Shown one piece after another: positions 53,005 through 64,000 of a stretch of DNA of 64,000 nt; positions within the stretch are counted from its first letter, which is position 1; each line of letters starts with the position of its first letter. Made by a program: the position numbers and the translations under genes. Source of the DNA: Callorhinchus milii (lineage: Eukaryota); assembly GCF_018977255.1 (NCBI RefSeq), contig NW_024704742.1, forward strand, positions 66,218,001-66,282,000. Reading direction: 5' to 3'. A model generated the notes under the pieces. That model was not told the DNA's origin, made no database searches, and saw only the letters and a list, made by a program, of their open reading frames with translations.

Positions 53005-53450
53005 CACCAGAGAGAACTGGTACCAGAAATGAGGGGCTTCAGTTATCAGGAGAGGCTAGAAAAGCTAGGATTATTCACCTTGGAGGAGAGAAGGTTAAGA
53101 GACTCAATAGAAGTTTTCAAAATTATGAGGGGATTCAATAGAGTGAACAAAGAGAAACTATTTTCACTGGCAGATGGGTCGGTAACCTAAGGGCACAGAT
53201 TTAAAATAGTTGTTATAAGAAACAGAGGGAGGTGAGGAGAATTTTTTCACACAGCGAGTTGTTCAGATCTGGAATGCATTGCCTAAAAGGGTGGGGGAAG
53301 CCGATTCAATGACAACTTTTGAGAGAAGTAGATGATTATTTGGCAAGGACAAGTTTGCAGGGCTATGGAGAGAGCGCAGGGAAGTGGGATTGAAATGGAT
53401 AGCTCTTTTGAAAGAGCTGACACAGACACGATGTGCTGTAAAATTCTACA
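53005..53450 (+). mobile_element. CR1 LINE 3' fragment
   Basis: LVPEMRGFSYQERLEKLGLFTLEERRLR..IEVFKIMRGF. Confidence 0.88.
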
Positions 53451-55566
53451 ATACCTAAATACATTCCCCTTCTAACAATCAGCAATGTCTGCTAGGATGA
53501 CTTTGTACCTGGATGCTATTTGCACTTCCAGTCCACCTAGAATCATAGAATTATACAGCACAGAAGGAGGCCATTCGGCCCTTCTCACTATACAGTCAGG
53601 CACAACTCTATGCACTTTGGAGAACTTGAATACCTTGGCTTGTTTCAAACGGCCCTTTTTGTCAGGCAACAGCTACAGCTCCTTTCCTTATCCAACATGG
53701 CTCAACATCCCATTCAGTGCTTCAAAATTGTCTCCCAATGTGGAAGGCGCTACATAAATGTCAATTCTTGTTGTTCCTGCCTCTGGCTAAAATTCCAGAG
53801 GTGGACTTTAAAAGCTTATGGTGCCATTCAAAAAGTGAAGGGAGTTTCTCCCATTGTCCTGGTCAACAATCCCCCAAATAAAATAGGTCTCTCACTACAC
53901 GGCTGTTTGTGAGGCATTGCTGTGCACAGACTGGCTGCCAAATTTCACCCACAAAATTTTTCTCACTGGCTAACCTGTGCGCGCCCTGATCTTTTTCACC
54001 TTCAGCTCTTCTTGAATGCTTTAAGCATCAGCCTGCAATGAATAACCAATTTTAGTTGAATTATTGACCAGGGCACCAAGTGCTCAGTCGGTAGCACTGG
54101 AGTTAGAAGGTTGTGAGTTCAAGCCCCAATTCAGGACTTTAACTGAGGATGTATTATATTGTAAGAGGCACCATATCATCTGCCTGTTCAGGAACTCCAC
54201 AAGTGGATTTTAAAAATCTCATGCCACTATTCACAAAATGAAGGGAGTTTCTCCTGTTGTCCTGGTCAACAATTCCCCAAATAAAATCAGGCACTCACTA
54301 CATTGCTGTGCACAAATTGGCTTCCATATTTCACCTACAAAATACAGTCACTGCACTTAGTTTATCCTGTGAAATGACAGACATAAGGCACCATGTCAAA
54401 TGAAAGGATTATCATCTGCCCCCATTCTGAAGGCAGATCCCAGAGTCCCTTCGCCTCACTCCTTCCCTCAACTCCTATCAAGGCACTTCTCAACAACTTC
54501 CTCTTTGATCGCGCCTTCGGTCACCTTTCCACTCCCTTGCCATCCACCTGAATGTAACCCCAGCTCGGGTGCAACCCGTGCAGGTGACCTTGCTAATCAT
54601 GACACTATATGACTCAGGTGAAGTGAGCACAACCACCTGGCAAGGAAAGGGCCTCGGTTCAATTCATGGACAGGGTGCAACAACATGCATTTAGCATCAT
54701 GGAGCACTACACAGTGCAAGGAGATAGATGGGGTACGGAGTTGAAGGGCGCTGAGCAAGGGAGAAAGGAAAACAAGGGGAGGGACCACAGGTGTGGTTTC
54801 TCCCGATGTCCTGGCCTCAAATAAAATTGGTCACTCACTCCATGGCTGTGGGACATTGGCTGCCTTAGGCATCTGTTTACCTACTCTACACACCTGTTTA
54901 CCTAGTGGTAAGAAGGAACCCGGTTGCTAGTCAATTGGCGGACTGCTTTCCAGAAGTAATCATCCATCGAAAAAATGTGGTCATTCACTCTACTATCATT
55001 TGTAGGACACTTGACAATTGCTGCCGTGTTTCTTCCATAAATACAGTTAATTCACGTTGCAATATACTGTATTCTGTGAAGCACCATTTGAGACTCTCAA
55101 GGACATGACAGGGCACTATGTCAAATGCAAAGTTAATATAAACACAGCACTGACCAGCACCCAGGAATGGCCCAACATAAAAGGTGCTATATAAACGCAA
55201 TTTGTCATTGTTGGTGGTGTTGCAATAATTAGGACATCTCCTTGCCTTTCTGAAACAGCCTCCGATTTAATTCCAAGCAGTGCTCACAGCATTTTTTTGG
55301 TGGTGTGGGGGAGGAGACAAACAGCTTAATTAATGGAATACGCCATTCAGCCCCTCAAGCCTGTTCCATCATTCTATAATTAAATAATGACTAATCTAAC
55401 TTCAACTCCACGTACCGAGGTTTGGTCACTCAATCCACACTGTGTGTGGGACTCTGCTGTGCGCAATTGGCTGCCACGTTTCACCCACAAAATACACTGA
55501 CAATTCACTTTACAGTATATTTTGGGAAGCACTTTGAGACGTCTCAACAGCATGATAAGACGCCAC

Positions 55567-56197
55567 AAGCTGCAGGTCATTCAGAGCTCTGCAGCTCGTG
55601 TACTGTCCCGCACCAGACACCGCGACCACATCACTCCGACCCTCGCCCTCACTCCGACCCTCGCCCTCACTCCCACCCTCGCCCTCGCTCGCCTCCACTG
55701 GCTCCCCATCCCCCAGAGGATCGAATTCAAGATCCTCATCCTCACCTACAAGGCCATTCACAGCCTCGCTCCCTCCTACCTCTCCGACCTACTATCCCCC
55801 TACCTACCTGCCCGTACCCTCCGTTCCTCTGGCTCCAGTCTGCTCCACATCCCCGCCCCAACCGCCCTACCATCGGTGGCCGGGCCTTCAGCCTCTCAGC
55901 CCCCAGGCTCTGGAACTCCATCCCCCAGTGCCTTCGCCGCTTCCTCCCTTTCCTCCTTCAAGGCCGGTCTCAAACCTTTCTCTTTGACCGTGCCTTCAGC
56001 TCCCTCTCGACTCTCTACCCCCTCCTCACTCCTTCCCTCCCCTCCCCCTGACCATGTCCCCCCTCCTCGCTCCCTCCCTTCCCTCCCCTCCCCCTGACCA
56101 TTTCCCCCCAATGCTCGGTTCCTGACCCAACTGTACAGCGCTTTGGGACGTCCTCCCGACATGAAAGGCGCTCTATAAACGCAATCCTGTTGCTGTT
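55567..56197 (+). mobile_element. L2 3' fragment inserted into a SINE tail, with internal 18-bp triplication
   Basis: Near-identical to 51218-51856; (ctcactccgaccctcgcc)x3; SINE tail resumes at ~56199. Confidence 0.88.
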
Positions 56198-56392
56198 GTA
56201 TATCAAATGCAATGATTATTATTATATGCACTGATACCCTTCCCTAAACAAACCTCTATCAACACAGATATGTACACGACACATAATTACATATATATTG
56301 AACAGATGGTGTCCTCACTACAAGGGATAGGAGAAGAAAAATGTTACACGGAGCAGTGAATTGCCTGCACCGGCCTGGGGTCCATCTCTTAC

Positions 56393-56830
56393 CTGACGAC
56401 GCCGCTCTCTGGCCGGGCTGGGCTCGGGCCGCTCTCTGGCTGGGGCTGGGTGGCTCTCTGGCCGGGCTGGGCTCGGGCTGGGGCCGGGCTCGGGCTGGGG
56501 CCGGGCTGCTCTCCGGCTGGGGCCGGGCCGGGCTCGGGCCGCTCTCGGGCTGGAGCTCGGGTGGCGCTGGGGCCGCTCTCTGCCCGGGTTGGGGCTCGGG
56601 CTGGAGCTCGGGTGGCACTGCTGCCGGGTTCGGGCCGCTCTCGGGCTCGGGTGGCTCTCTGGCCGGGCCGCTCTCGGGCTGGGGCTCGGGTGGCTCTCTG
56701 GCCGGGCCGCTCTCGGGCTGGGGCTCGGGTGGCTCTCTGGCCGGGCCGCTCTCGGGCTGGGGCTCGGGTGGCTCTCTGGCCGGGCTGGGTTCGGGCTGCT
56801 CTGGGGCTGGAGGTGGCCGAATCTTCACTG
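56393..56830 (-). other. TACC3: Probable non-coding first exon (5'UTR) of TACC3; TSS approximate
   Basis: Strong donor CAG|GTAAGA at 56393/56392, CpG-rich, immediately downstream of CHR/CCAAT/GC-box promoter motifs, no ATG seen on the minus strand. Confidence 0.7.
56400..56810. repeat. GC-rich 39-bp minisatellite in the TACC3 5'UTR
   Basis: Unit ggccgggccgctctcgggctggggctcgggtggctctct, near-perfect copies at 56660-56780 plus degenerate copies. Confidence 0.9.
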
Positions 56831-56831
56831 A

Positions 56832-56980
56832 TTCAAAAAGTTTAACCGTTTTGGGCGGGGACCAATAGGAGCCAAGCGCTCGTTCGGTTGGTCGATATGA
56901 ACTGGCCAATCACCGCGGAGCAACGGCGCAGGCGCCGCACGGCTGTTTCACGGCTCCGACTGCAGTGCGCAGGCGCCGCT
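56832..56980 (-). promoter_or_regulatory. TACC3 promoter: CHR, MYB sites, GC box, two CCAAT boxes, NRF1-like motif
   Basis: TTCAAA (TTTGAA on minus) 56832-37, TAACCG 56843-48, GGGCGGGG 56853-60, CCAAT 56862-66 and 56906-10, CAACGG 56921-26, TGCGCAGGCGC 56966-76; CpG-rich. Confidence 0.75.
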
Positions 56981-57497
56981 CCAGAAGTTTTCAATTGTTG
57001 CGTCAACAAATGAGGTTTGTGCATCGTCGCCACGTCAGGAGCCAACAACAACAACAACAAGGATTTATATAGCGCCCTCCACACTGGACGGCGTCTCAGA
57101 GCGCTTCACAGTAATAGGTCCCGGGATCCGCTTTGATTCCTGAGGCAACATAATAATCCTTGCATTTGGTTGGCTTCTTTTGCTCTTTCTTCGACGTGAA
57201 AACCCGCTAATGTTAACGCAATTTGTTGTTGTTCAATTTCTCCGATCAAGGACTGCATTAAATAATGTTGGAATTATTAATGACTTTTTTTTAAAAAAAA
57301 TTTGGGTCAACTGGGTGTCTGGCACAAGCAGAAAAGCATCACTGCTTAAGAGCATTGGCGATGCAAACTTTTCACCAAGGGGGGGAAGAAGGGGTGAAGC
57401 CGGAGGTTGAGGGAAGAAATCGTCGCACGTTTCAACGACTCCCAGGGTCAGGCGACCAAAGACGCTGCAGTGATCGCTGATCAAAGATAATAATCTC

Positions 57498-58110
57498 TGC
57501 AGATTGGGTGACTGAACACCTCCGTTCTGGAGCACAAACACGACCCTGAGCTTCTGGTTTCTTGCCACTTCACCTCTCCCTCCCACTCGCACTTTGACTT
57601 CTCCATCCATGGTCTCCTACGCTATTCCAATGAGCCACAGCGCAAGTTCGAGGAGCAGCACCTCATTTATCTGCAAGGAACCTTACAGCCCTCTGGCTTC
57701 AATATTGATTTCAACAATTTCAGACCATAACAGCTCACATTCCCCCTCCCCTTCTGTGACCATTACCACATCACCTGGGTCCCAGACACACCTTTTTCCT
57801 CTCTCTGGTCTCTGTCTGTTGCAATTTCCCGCCCCCTTTTGTTAACACCTCTATTCCCCTGTTTTATTGCAATCCCCCCTTTGCATTATTAACACCTCTT
57901 TAACCCATCATCCTCTGTCCTCTACCCCATTTTCTCCTTTGTCTTCCTTGCCCTGCCTCCCCCCTCTCCATTAAGCCTTAAAAGCCCCTCCTTCACAACA
58001 TGCCCCAGTTCTGACGAAGGGTCGTGGACCTGAAATGTTGACTCACTTTTCTTTCTCCATAGATGCTGTCTGAATTGTTGAGTGTTCCCAGCGACTTCTG
58101 TTTTTGTCTT
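57498..58110 (+). mobile_element. Penelope-like element 3' remnant (GIY-YIG C-terminus + pLTR)
   Basis: EHLRS / HKHDPELLVSCHFTSPSHSHFDFSIHGLLRYSNEPQRKFEEQHLIYLQGTLQPSGFNIDFNNFRP* (stop 57728-30), followed by pLTR with hammerhead. Confidence 0.85.
58007..58043 (+). ncRNA. Degenerate minimal hammerhead ribozyme
   Basis: AGTT CTGACGA A GGGTC GTG GACCT GAAA TGTT GACT; two CpG-type transitions relative to the 26930 copy. Confidence 0.6.
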
Positions 58111-58814
58111 GTGATAATAATCTTTGCATTTGATATAGTGTCTTATTATGTCGTTCAGATGCCTCAAAGTGCTTCACAGGCTAACCTGTGAAGTGCATTG
58201 ACTGTATTTTGTGTGTGAAATATGGCAGCCAATTGCACACAGCAATGTCCCGCAGCCATGGAGTGAGTGACCAATTTTATTTGAGGCCAGGACATTGGGA
58301 GAAACCGTACCTCTAGTCCCTCCCGTTGTTTCCCTTTCTCCCTTGCTCAGCGCCCTTCAAGTCCGTACCCCCTTCATCTCCTTGCACTGTGTCGCACTCC
58401 ATGATGCTAAATGCAAGTTGTTGCACCTCACCATTGTGTAGCGCTTCTTGGTTGTTCTGTATGAATGGCACTGTGAAAATACAAGTTGTTATATTTGCCC
58501 AATTATGTCTTATGTGAGGAGTGAGAAGAATCCCTGACACCTACCCAAAATGTGTGAAGTGCAGTTTGCACGTTATAGGGGCTGCACCAAAAGCCAGGGC
58601 TGTTAGTGACCAGGGTTGCGGGAAATTAAAATACATTTGAAACCAAAGTCAACCAAAAACACTTGCCCAAAAGTTACCCAACATTATGCGTTGCCTCCTA
58701 TAGGGGTTGCAGCGAAGCGGCCAATTCAGGTCAGTGCTTTATGTAAGAAAAGATCTGCGAAAGGAAAAATAAACAAGTTTTGCAGGTTTAAAAGTGGAAA
58801 ATTACAGAGGTACA

Positions 58815-58922
58815 AATACCCGCCCAATTGGGCGCGAACCCGCCCCAAAACCCGCAGCGTGGCTGGGCTGTGCGCATGTGCAGAGACCGGATATCCGCGT
58901 TGCCAGGTGACCGAGGCCCAGG
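58815..58922 (+). promoter_or_regulatory. TMEM129 CpG-rich promoter/5'UTR
   Basis: CCCGCCC GC boxes, CCAAT, NRF1-like TGCGCATGTGCA at 58871-82, directly upstream of the ATG. Confidence 0.6.
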
Positions 58923-59127
58923 ATGGACAACCCCGAGGCCGTCTTCAGCCTCTTCTACGCCGTCTTTTCCTTCTGCTTCGTCTTCACTCCCACCGAGTTC
59001 CGCTCGGCCGGGGTCACGGTGCAGGACCTGCTCTCCGACCTGCTGGGCAGCGAGGACCTGGGCTTCATCTACTACCACATCCGCAGGACCACGGCCACCG
59101 TGGCCGTCCACTCGCTGCTGCCGCTCG
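58923..59127 (+). CDS. TMEM129: TMEM129 (ER-membrane E3 ubiquitin ligase) coding exon 1
   Basis: MDNPEAVFSLFYAVFSFCFVFTPTEFRSAGVTVQDLL...LGSED...YHIRRTTAT...HSLLPLG; donor G|GTGAG; 205 nt. Confidence 0.95.
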
Positions 59128-61126
59128 GTGAGGCCTTCTGCCCCCCCCCCCCCCCCACACACACACACCCCGGGGGGGGGGGGCAGTGATACCGGCGGCC
59201 GGGCCTGAGCAGCCCTCCCCAGTCAGTGCCGAGCACTGCGGTGCAGTCGGTGGGGCCTGAGGAGCCGCCCCCGCGGCCAGGCAGCCCCAGGACTGTGACG
59301 AGCAGCACTCGGTAGGCAGTGCGACCTGAGTGATACTCCCTGACAGGCACTGAGTGCACTGAGCGACACTCCCCAGACAACTCGCTGGTATTTTTTGTCA
59401 CTGAATCAAGAGGGGGAGGGCTGCACTCTCACCCGCGCCGTCCTTTCAAGGAAGACATTAAAACTGAAGTTCCTTTTGTCTGTTCAGTAACTGTGAAAGA
59501 GGGCTTCAGAAGTTGATATGAGTCTCCCCGGTGTCCTGATCAAAGGTCCTGAGGATCATTCACCTCGTGGATGCCTGGCTCCTTGCTGCTTGCAGAATGG
59601 CTGCTGCTTTTGCTCAAAAATCCAACACCTATATTTAAACCCTCTTCAGTAATTCAAACCTCTTAAGAATGTGTTGCTGATTATATGTGTAATGTAGTCC
59701 ATACTTCCCGATGAACCATATTGCAAAGTGGTCAGCCTTCTGTGTTTAATACACTGAAGTGTAGTAATAATAAAGGAGAGCCTGCATCCTATCCGGCCCC
59801 TTTTATCCCCATCCTCACCTGCTTCCAGTTACCCAGTCAATTGACATCAAAATCCTGATCTTGATCTTCAAATCCTCGTATGATTTTGCCCCCATCCTAC
59901 TGCCTTTAACGCTATTCTTTACGGTGCTGCTCCTTCCCATAGCTTCTACTTTCCTGAGTCTGGTCAACTGTTTTGCCGAGAACATTATGTCACAGGATAT
60001 TCAACCCAACTGATCAGTGCTGATGTTTATATTCTATTTGAACCTCCATCTCTCTTCCATATCCCACTATTGCATCTTGCTCATGTATGCATCAAATTTC
60101 CTTTAAATACATTGATGTTGCTTTCTGCTTCAACCACAGCTTCCAGCAGAGAGTGTCACTTTCTCATCACCCTCTGCTTAAAACGTTTCCTCTTAGATTC
60201 CTGTGTAGATCAGCTGTGGCTATTTTATGCCCCTTCAATTTGGACTTGGCAACAAGTGAAAACAGTCTCTTAACTAACATCTGTATTGATCCTTTCATAA
60301 TTTTAAAACACCCTGTCAACAGTCATTTCCAGAGAGTAAAGGGCTAACCTTCAGCCACCATGCCTCCACTCTTTGGAACCCTAGAATAAAATCCCTTCAC
60401 CTTGTGTTTTTTCATCCTGCTTCTTAAAAACTTATCTCTTTGACTATTATTGGTCAACATTCTCAAATGATGTCTTCTACACTCCCCTCTTTTCTGAGTC
60501 TGGTCTTCTGCCTTACATAGAGTGCTGATATCCATCATCTTTGTGGAGCCCTGTAGTTTGGTGGTTGGAGCCTCGCAAGCGAGAGGACATGGGTTCAGTT
60601 CCCGGGCAGTTTCCTTACTCAACATGCCTGTTTACGCCAAACGCTCAGGGACGCTACCCTGCATGAGAGGCACTAAATGCAAGTTCTTATTGTTTACCTA
60701 GCAGTGAGTAGGAATCTGGTTGTTGGTGTTCTTTTTTCCGAGGGTAATAATCCCTTCAAAACATTTTGTAAAAAACAAAGCTTTGTCACACAATCCACAA
60801 CTGTGGAACAATTGGCTTTTTGTAGACGTTTTTGCCTACAAAATGTACAGTCAATTCTTGAGACAAAAATGTGATAAGGCACTATATCAAATGCAAGGGT
60901 TATTATTTTTGTAAAATGCTTTGAGACATTTGTCCTATGTAAAAGGCAACTTTTACTGTGTGCAACTTGTTGGCATTTGTGGATTGCAAAGTCAAATAAC
61001 TGAATAAAGCTCAGGACCTCCTTTTCTCACCCAAAAAATAATGAATTGACAAAGCTCACGAATAGGAATTTTGTGTGCCTTTATTGGGGCATTCCATACT
61101 GTAACTAGATTATTTCTTTGTTTCAG

Positions 61127-61598
61127 GGTACTATGCAGGAATGTGTATTGCATCTTCCGACGAGAAACCTTTTTACTTTCTGCTCAGCGAAGGCTGGATT
61201 GTGTACTTGGTGATTGCTGTGCTCATCCCCACATTTGTTAGCCTTGTGGCATTGTACTGGTCCTTAAATAAGTGGGGCAACCATCCGATAGCCAGAAGTC
61301 TTGCATACCATGCCCTTCCACAGTCGGGTTGGAGAGCTGTGGCATCATCTGTTAACACTGAGTTTCGAAGGATTGATAAGTTTGCATCTGGTGCACTGGG
61401 AGCGAGAGTTATTGTCACTGATACCTGGGTGATGAAGGTAACTACGTACTGTGTTTACATAGCACAGCAACAGGATATTCACCTCACTCTAACAGAATCT
61501 AGGCAGCATGAGTTGTGCCCTGATGTGAATGCACCTGTACAGTTCCTCACTATCAGAGTGTCCAGCATCAATCCTAATGTCAAACCTTTCGACATCAG
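61127..61598 (+). CDS. TMEM129: TMEM129 coding exon 2 (gene continues beyond window)
   Basis: TTTCAG| acceptor in phase 1; YYAGMC...WGNHP...WRAVASSVNTEFRRIDKF...VIVTDTWVMKVTTY...PFDIR; donor AG|GTAAAT. Confidence 0.95.
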
Positions 61599-64000
61599 GT
61601 AAATAATGGTGTAATTAAGACTTGAAAATGCAACATTAATTTCTGTAAATGTCTGGTTGTAGAAATGAGTGTTATGTGGGCCTGATTATTTTCCCTGCAC
61701 ACGAGCATCTCCCAACTTCCTTACCTATACAATCACCATCAAGCTTACTACCTGCCTCCCATGCTTCCCACAGTAAGCTACACCAGCCTATCACCCACAT
61801 CCCCTCCCGGCTCCATTGGTTTCCCATCTCTCAAGAGGATTGAGTTCAAGATCCTCCTCAATTTTAAATCCTTCCATTACCCCCAATCTCTAGAACTCCA
61901 TCCCAGAGTCCCTTTGACTTGCCCCTTCCTTTACCTTTTTCAAGATCCATCTCAAGACTTTCCTCGTTGGTCATGTNCCCCCCACACACTCCTACACACC
62001 TTGGTCCCCAATCCTTCTGAATCCAAACCCCAGCTCGGGTGCAAACCCTCAACTGTCTTGGAACATCCTCCTGACACGAAACTCGCTATATAAATGCAAT
62101 TTGTTGTTATTATTGTTGTTGCCTGTACCCCTCACTTCTGATTCTGGTCATTTGATTGTTTCTCACTCTTTCCATCCCACTGTTTATGAGCAGATCTTCA
62201 GCTTCTATGCCATGCTCTATGGAACTCTTCCCCCAAACCGTCTTATCTCGCTTCCCCTCTCCATGCCTCAAAATCCTTCTAAAAACATAATTTTTGTGAC
62301 TTCTTTTGGTCAGCATTTCAAATTCATCCTTCTCCCTGCTTGTTGATGGATTACCTTTGAGACAGTCATCCTTTGTGTGGGACATTATTATGATTGTTGC
62401 TCGTCAGGTTTGTGTCTGATCTCTACCAGATGCCCCCATCTCCTAATTCTGTGTCAATTCATGAAGTAGCTACATTTTTTGTATGCACACTGGCATTCTT
62501 TAAAAGTATTGACCAAACAACAGGAAATGATCAGACTCCTATCACTGATGAGATAAGAATCTAGTTACACTGTGTAATTTTTTAAAATGGAGATAAAATA
62601 ATTCTTGCATTTAATACAGCACCAATAATGTTGAAACGTCTCAAAATGCCCAATTTATTTGAAGGATTATTGGCCAGAACACTGGGAGAAACTCTATTCT
62701 CTTTTCAAATACTGTCATGTGGTCTTTAAACACCTAAACATTGAACATACAAGGCAACCTTCTGACCCAGAGGCAAGTGTGCTACCAACAGAGATAAGCT
62801 GACTTGCTTATGGTCACACAGGTTTTTGACACATACAGAAGCCCATCTGCATGCTTAATAGTATCGAAACCAGACCACACATGTTTGCTTCCTCCACACG
62901 GAAATTTCCCTGAGTGTAGAATAGAATGCACACTCTCTTTCTGGAGGGACACATCCTACTCACTTAACTCTGTATGTTCAGTCATCTTCCTCTTCACCTC
63001 CCCCCGCCTCACCACCACAGTTCAGGAGTCCAGCCAGCTGTTTAAAGCATTTTGCGATGCCCTCCCAAAGTGAAAAACTTTATACAAATATTCACAGATT
63101 GGCTGCTGTGTTGTAATATAAAGTACAGTCACTGCACTTTACAATAAATCTTGTGAATCACTTTGAGACGATGATATGGAAAACATTATCAAATGCATTG
63201 ATTATTATTGTTGTAGCACAAATTTGGTGAGAGCCAAGGCTTGAGGTCCCCAGAGCATGTGTTTGAGTACTGCTGGAGTTTAACCAGCTAATCTAGTTTA
63301 TCATTGAGAGCACTGTTTGAGCTAAATTAACTCTAGAAGTTAGTATTTAAAGAGAACAGAGGAAAATCAGCTTTCAAATTAAGATTGAATTTGATAATTT
63401 TCCAGGTTGAATAAATTTTGCTATGCTGCTGAGGCCTAGCCAAATTCTTATCTGGTTAAACTCCAAGCCTTGGCTCTTGCCAACCTGTGCATAATCCTTC
63501 CCGGAATTAGGTAAGCAGGATGCATCCCTCAGGGAGAAAGCGCACATTCCATTCCAAACATTCTATCTCTGGGATTTCCATGTGTGGATGGGATGCATAG
63601 AAATCTCAGTTTGGTTTGGATGCTCTTAATCCTTACCGGCAAAAAGAATAAAATATCAATCCACCAACCAATCAATCAAAATGCAAAAAATATTTTTTTA
63701 AAAACTGAAGGGCAATAAAAGTCTATTTCTGGGTTACAAGCACAGCATCATTGCACATTTAGTCTGATGTTAAGCAGTGCACAAGTGTCTCGCAGCACCC
63801 CATCTCTGAAACCTCCTTCACCCATACCAATTCAGCCGTTCCCTTTACTCGGTCGACACTGGCCTAATCCGCATCTCCAGCTCTATCCACTCCACCGTTA
63901 GCAGGCGAGCTATCAGTTAATTTTTGCCAGGTCCCTTGAACTCCAATCCCTGGTCCCTCCGACTCTTTCAAAGCACATCTCAAAATATACTCCTTTAACC

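Noticed and set aside
56259..56909. 216-aa Pro/Glu-rich ORF and overlapping Gly-rich plus-strand ORFs
   Set aside because: Products of the GC minisatellite. The minus-strand ORF has a non-ATG start inside the promoter, and its frame hits TGA right after splicing to the ATG exon.
63406..63440. Possible TMEM129 exon 3 (tccag|G TTG AAT..)
   Set aside because: Begins with LN but then diverges from TMEM129 and stops (TAG) within about 11 codons; the true exon 3 is probably beyond the window.

Overview
Repeat-rich vertebrate genomic DNA. The SINE/LINE families point to a cartilaginous fish, possibly a holocephalan; this is inference. The window holds two host genes. (1) A complete TACC3 on the minus strand, which I spliced by hand into a probable non-coding exon 1 (~56830-56393) plus 16 phase-consistent coding exons (ATG 52351 to TAA 29536; 2733 nt, 910 aa). 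It includes a GC-AG intron and several small exons absent from the ORF track. (2) The first two coding exons of TMEM129 on the plus strand, head-to-head with TACC3. Bases 1-29 kb are intergenic DNA on the side where FGFR3 lies in other vertebrates; they consist of Deu-type tRNA SINEs, L2 and CR1 LINE fragments and unique islands that look like enhancers. Most short ORFs in the track are repeat-derived noise. Notable extras: two Penelope-like element remnants with minimal hammerhead ribozymes (one intact-looking, one between the TACC3 and TMEM129 promoters); a frameshifted LSM14A fragment in a TACC3 intron; a 39-bp GC-rich minisatellite filling the TACC3 5'UTR; a CHR/MYB/CCAAT G2/M promoter; a strong CTCF site beside a duplicated AT-rich element; a locally templated insertion scar; and an inverted duplication bracketing the TACC3 promoter. 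I found no clearly new multi-gene system.
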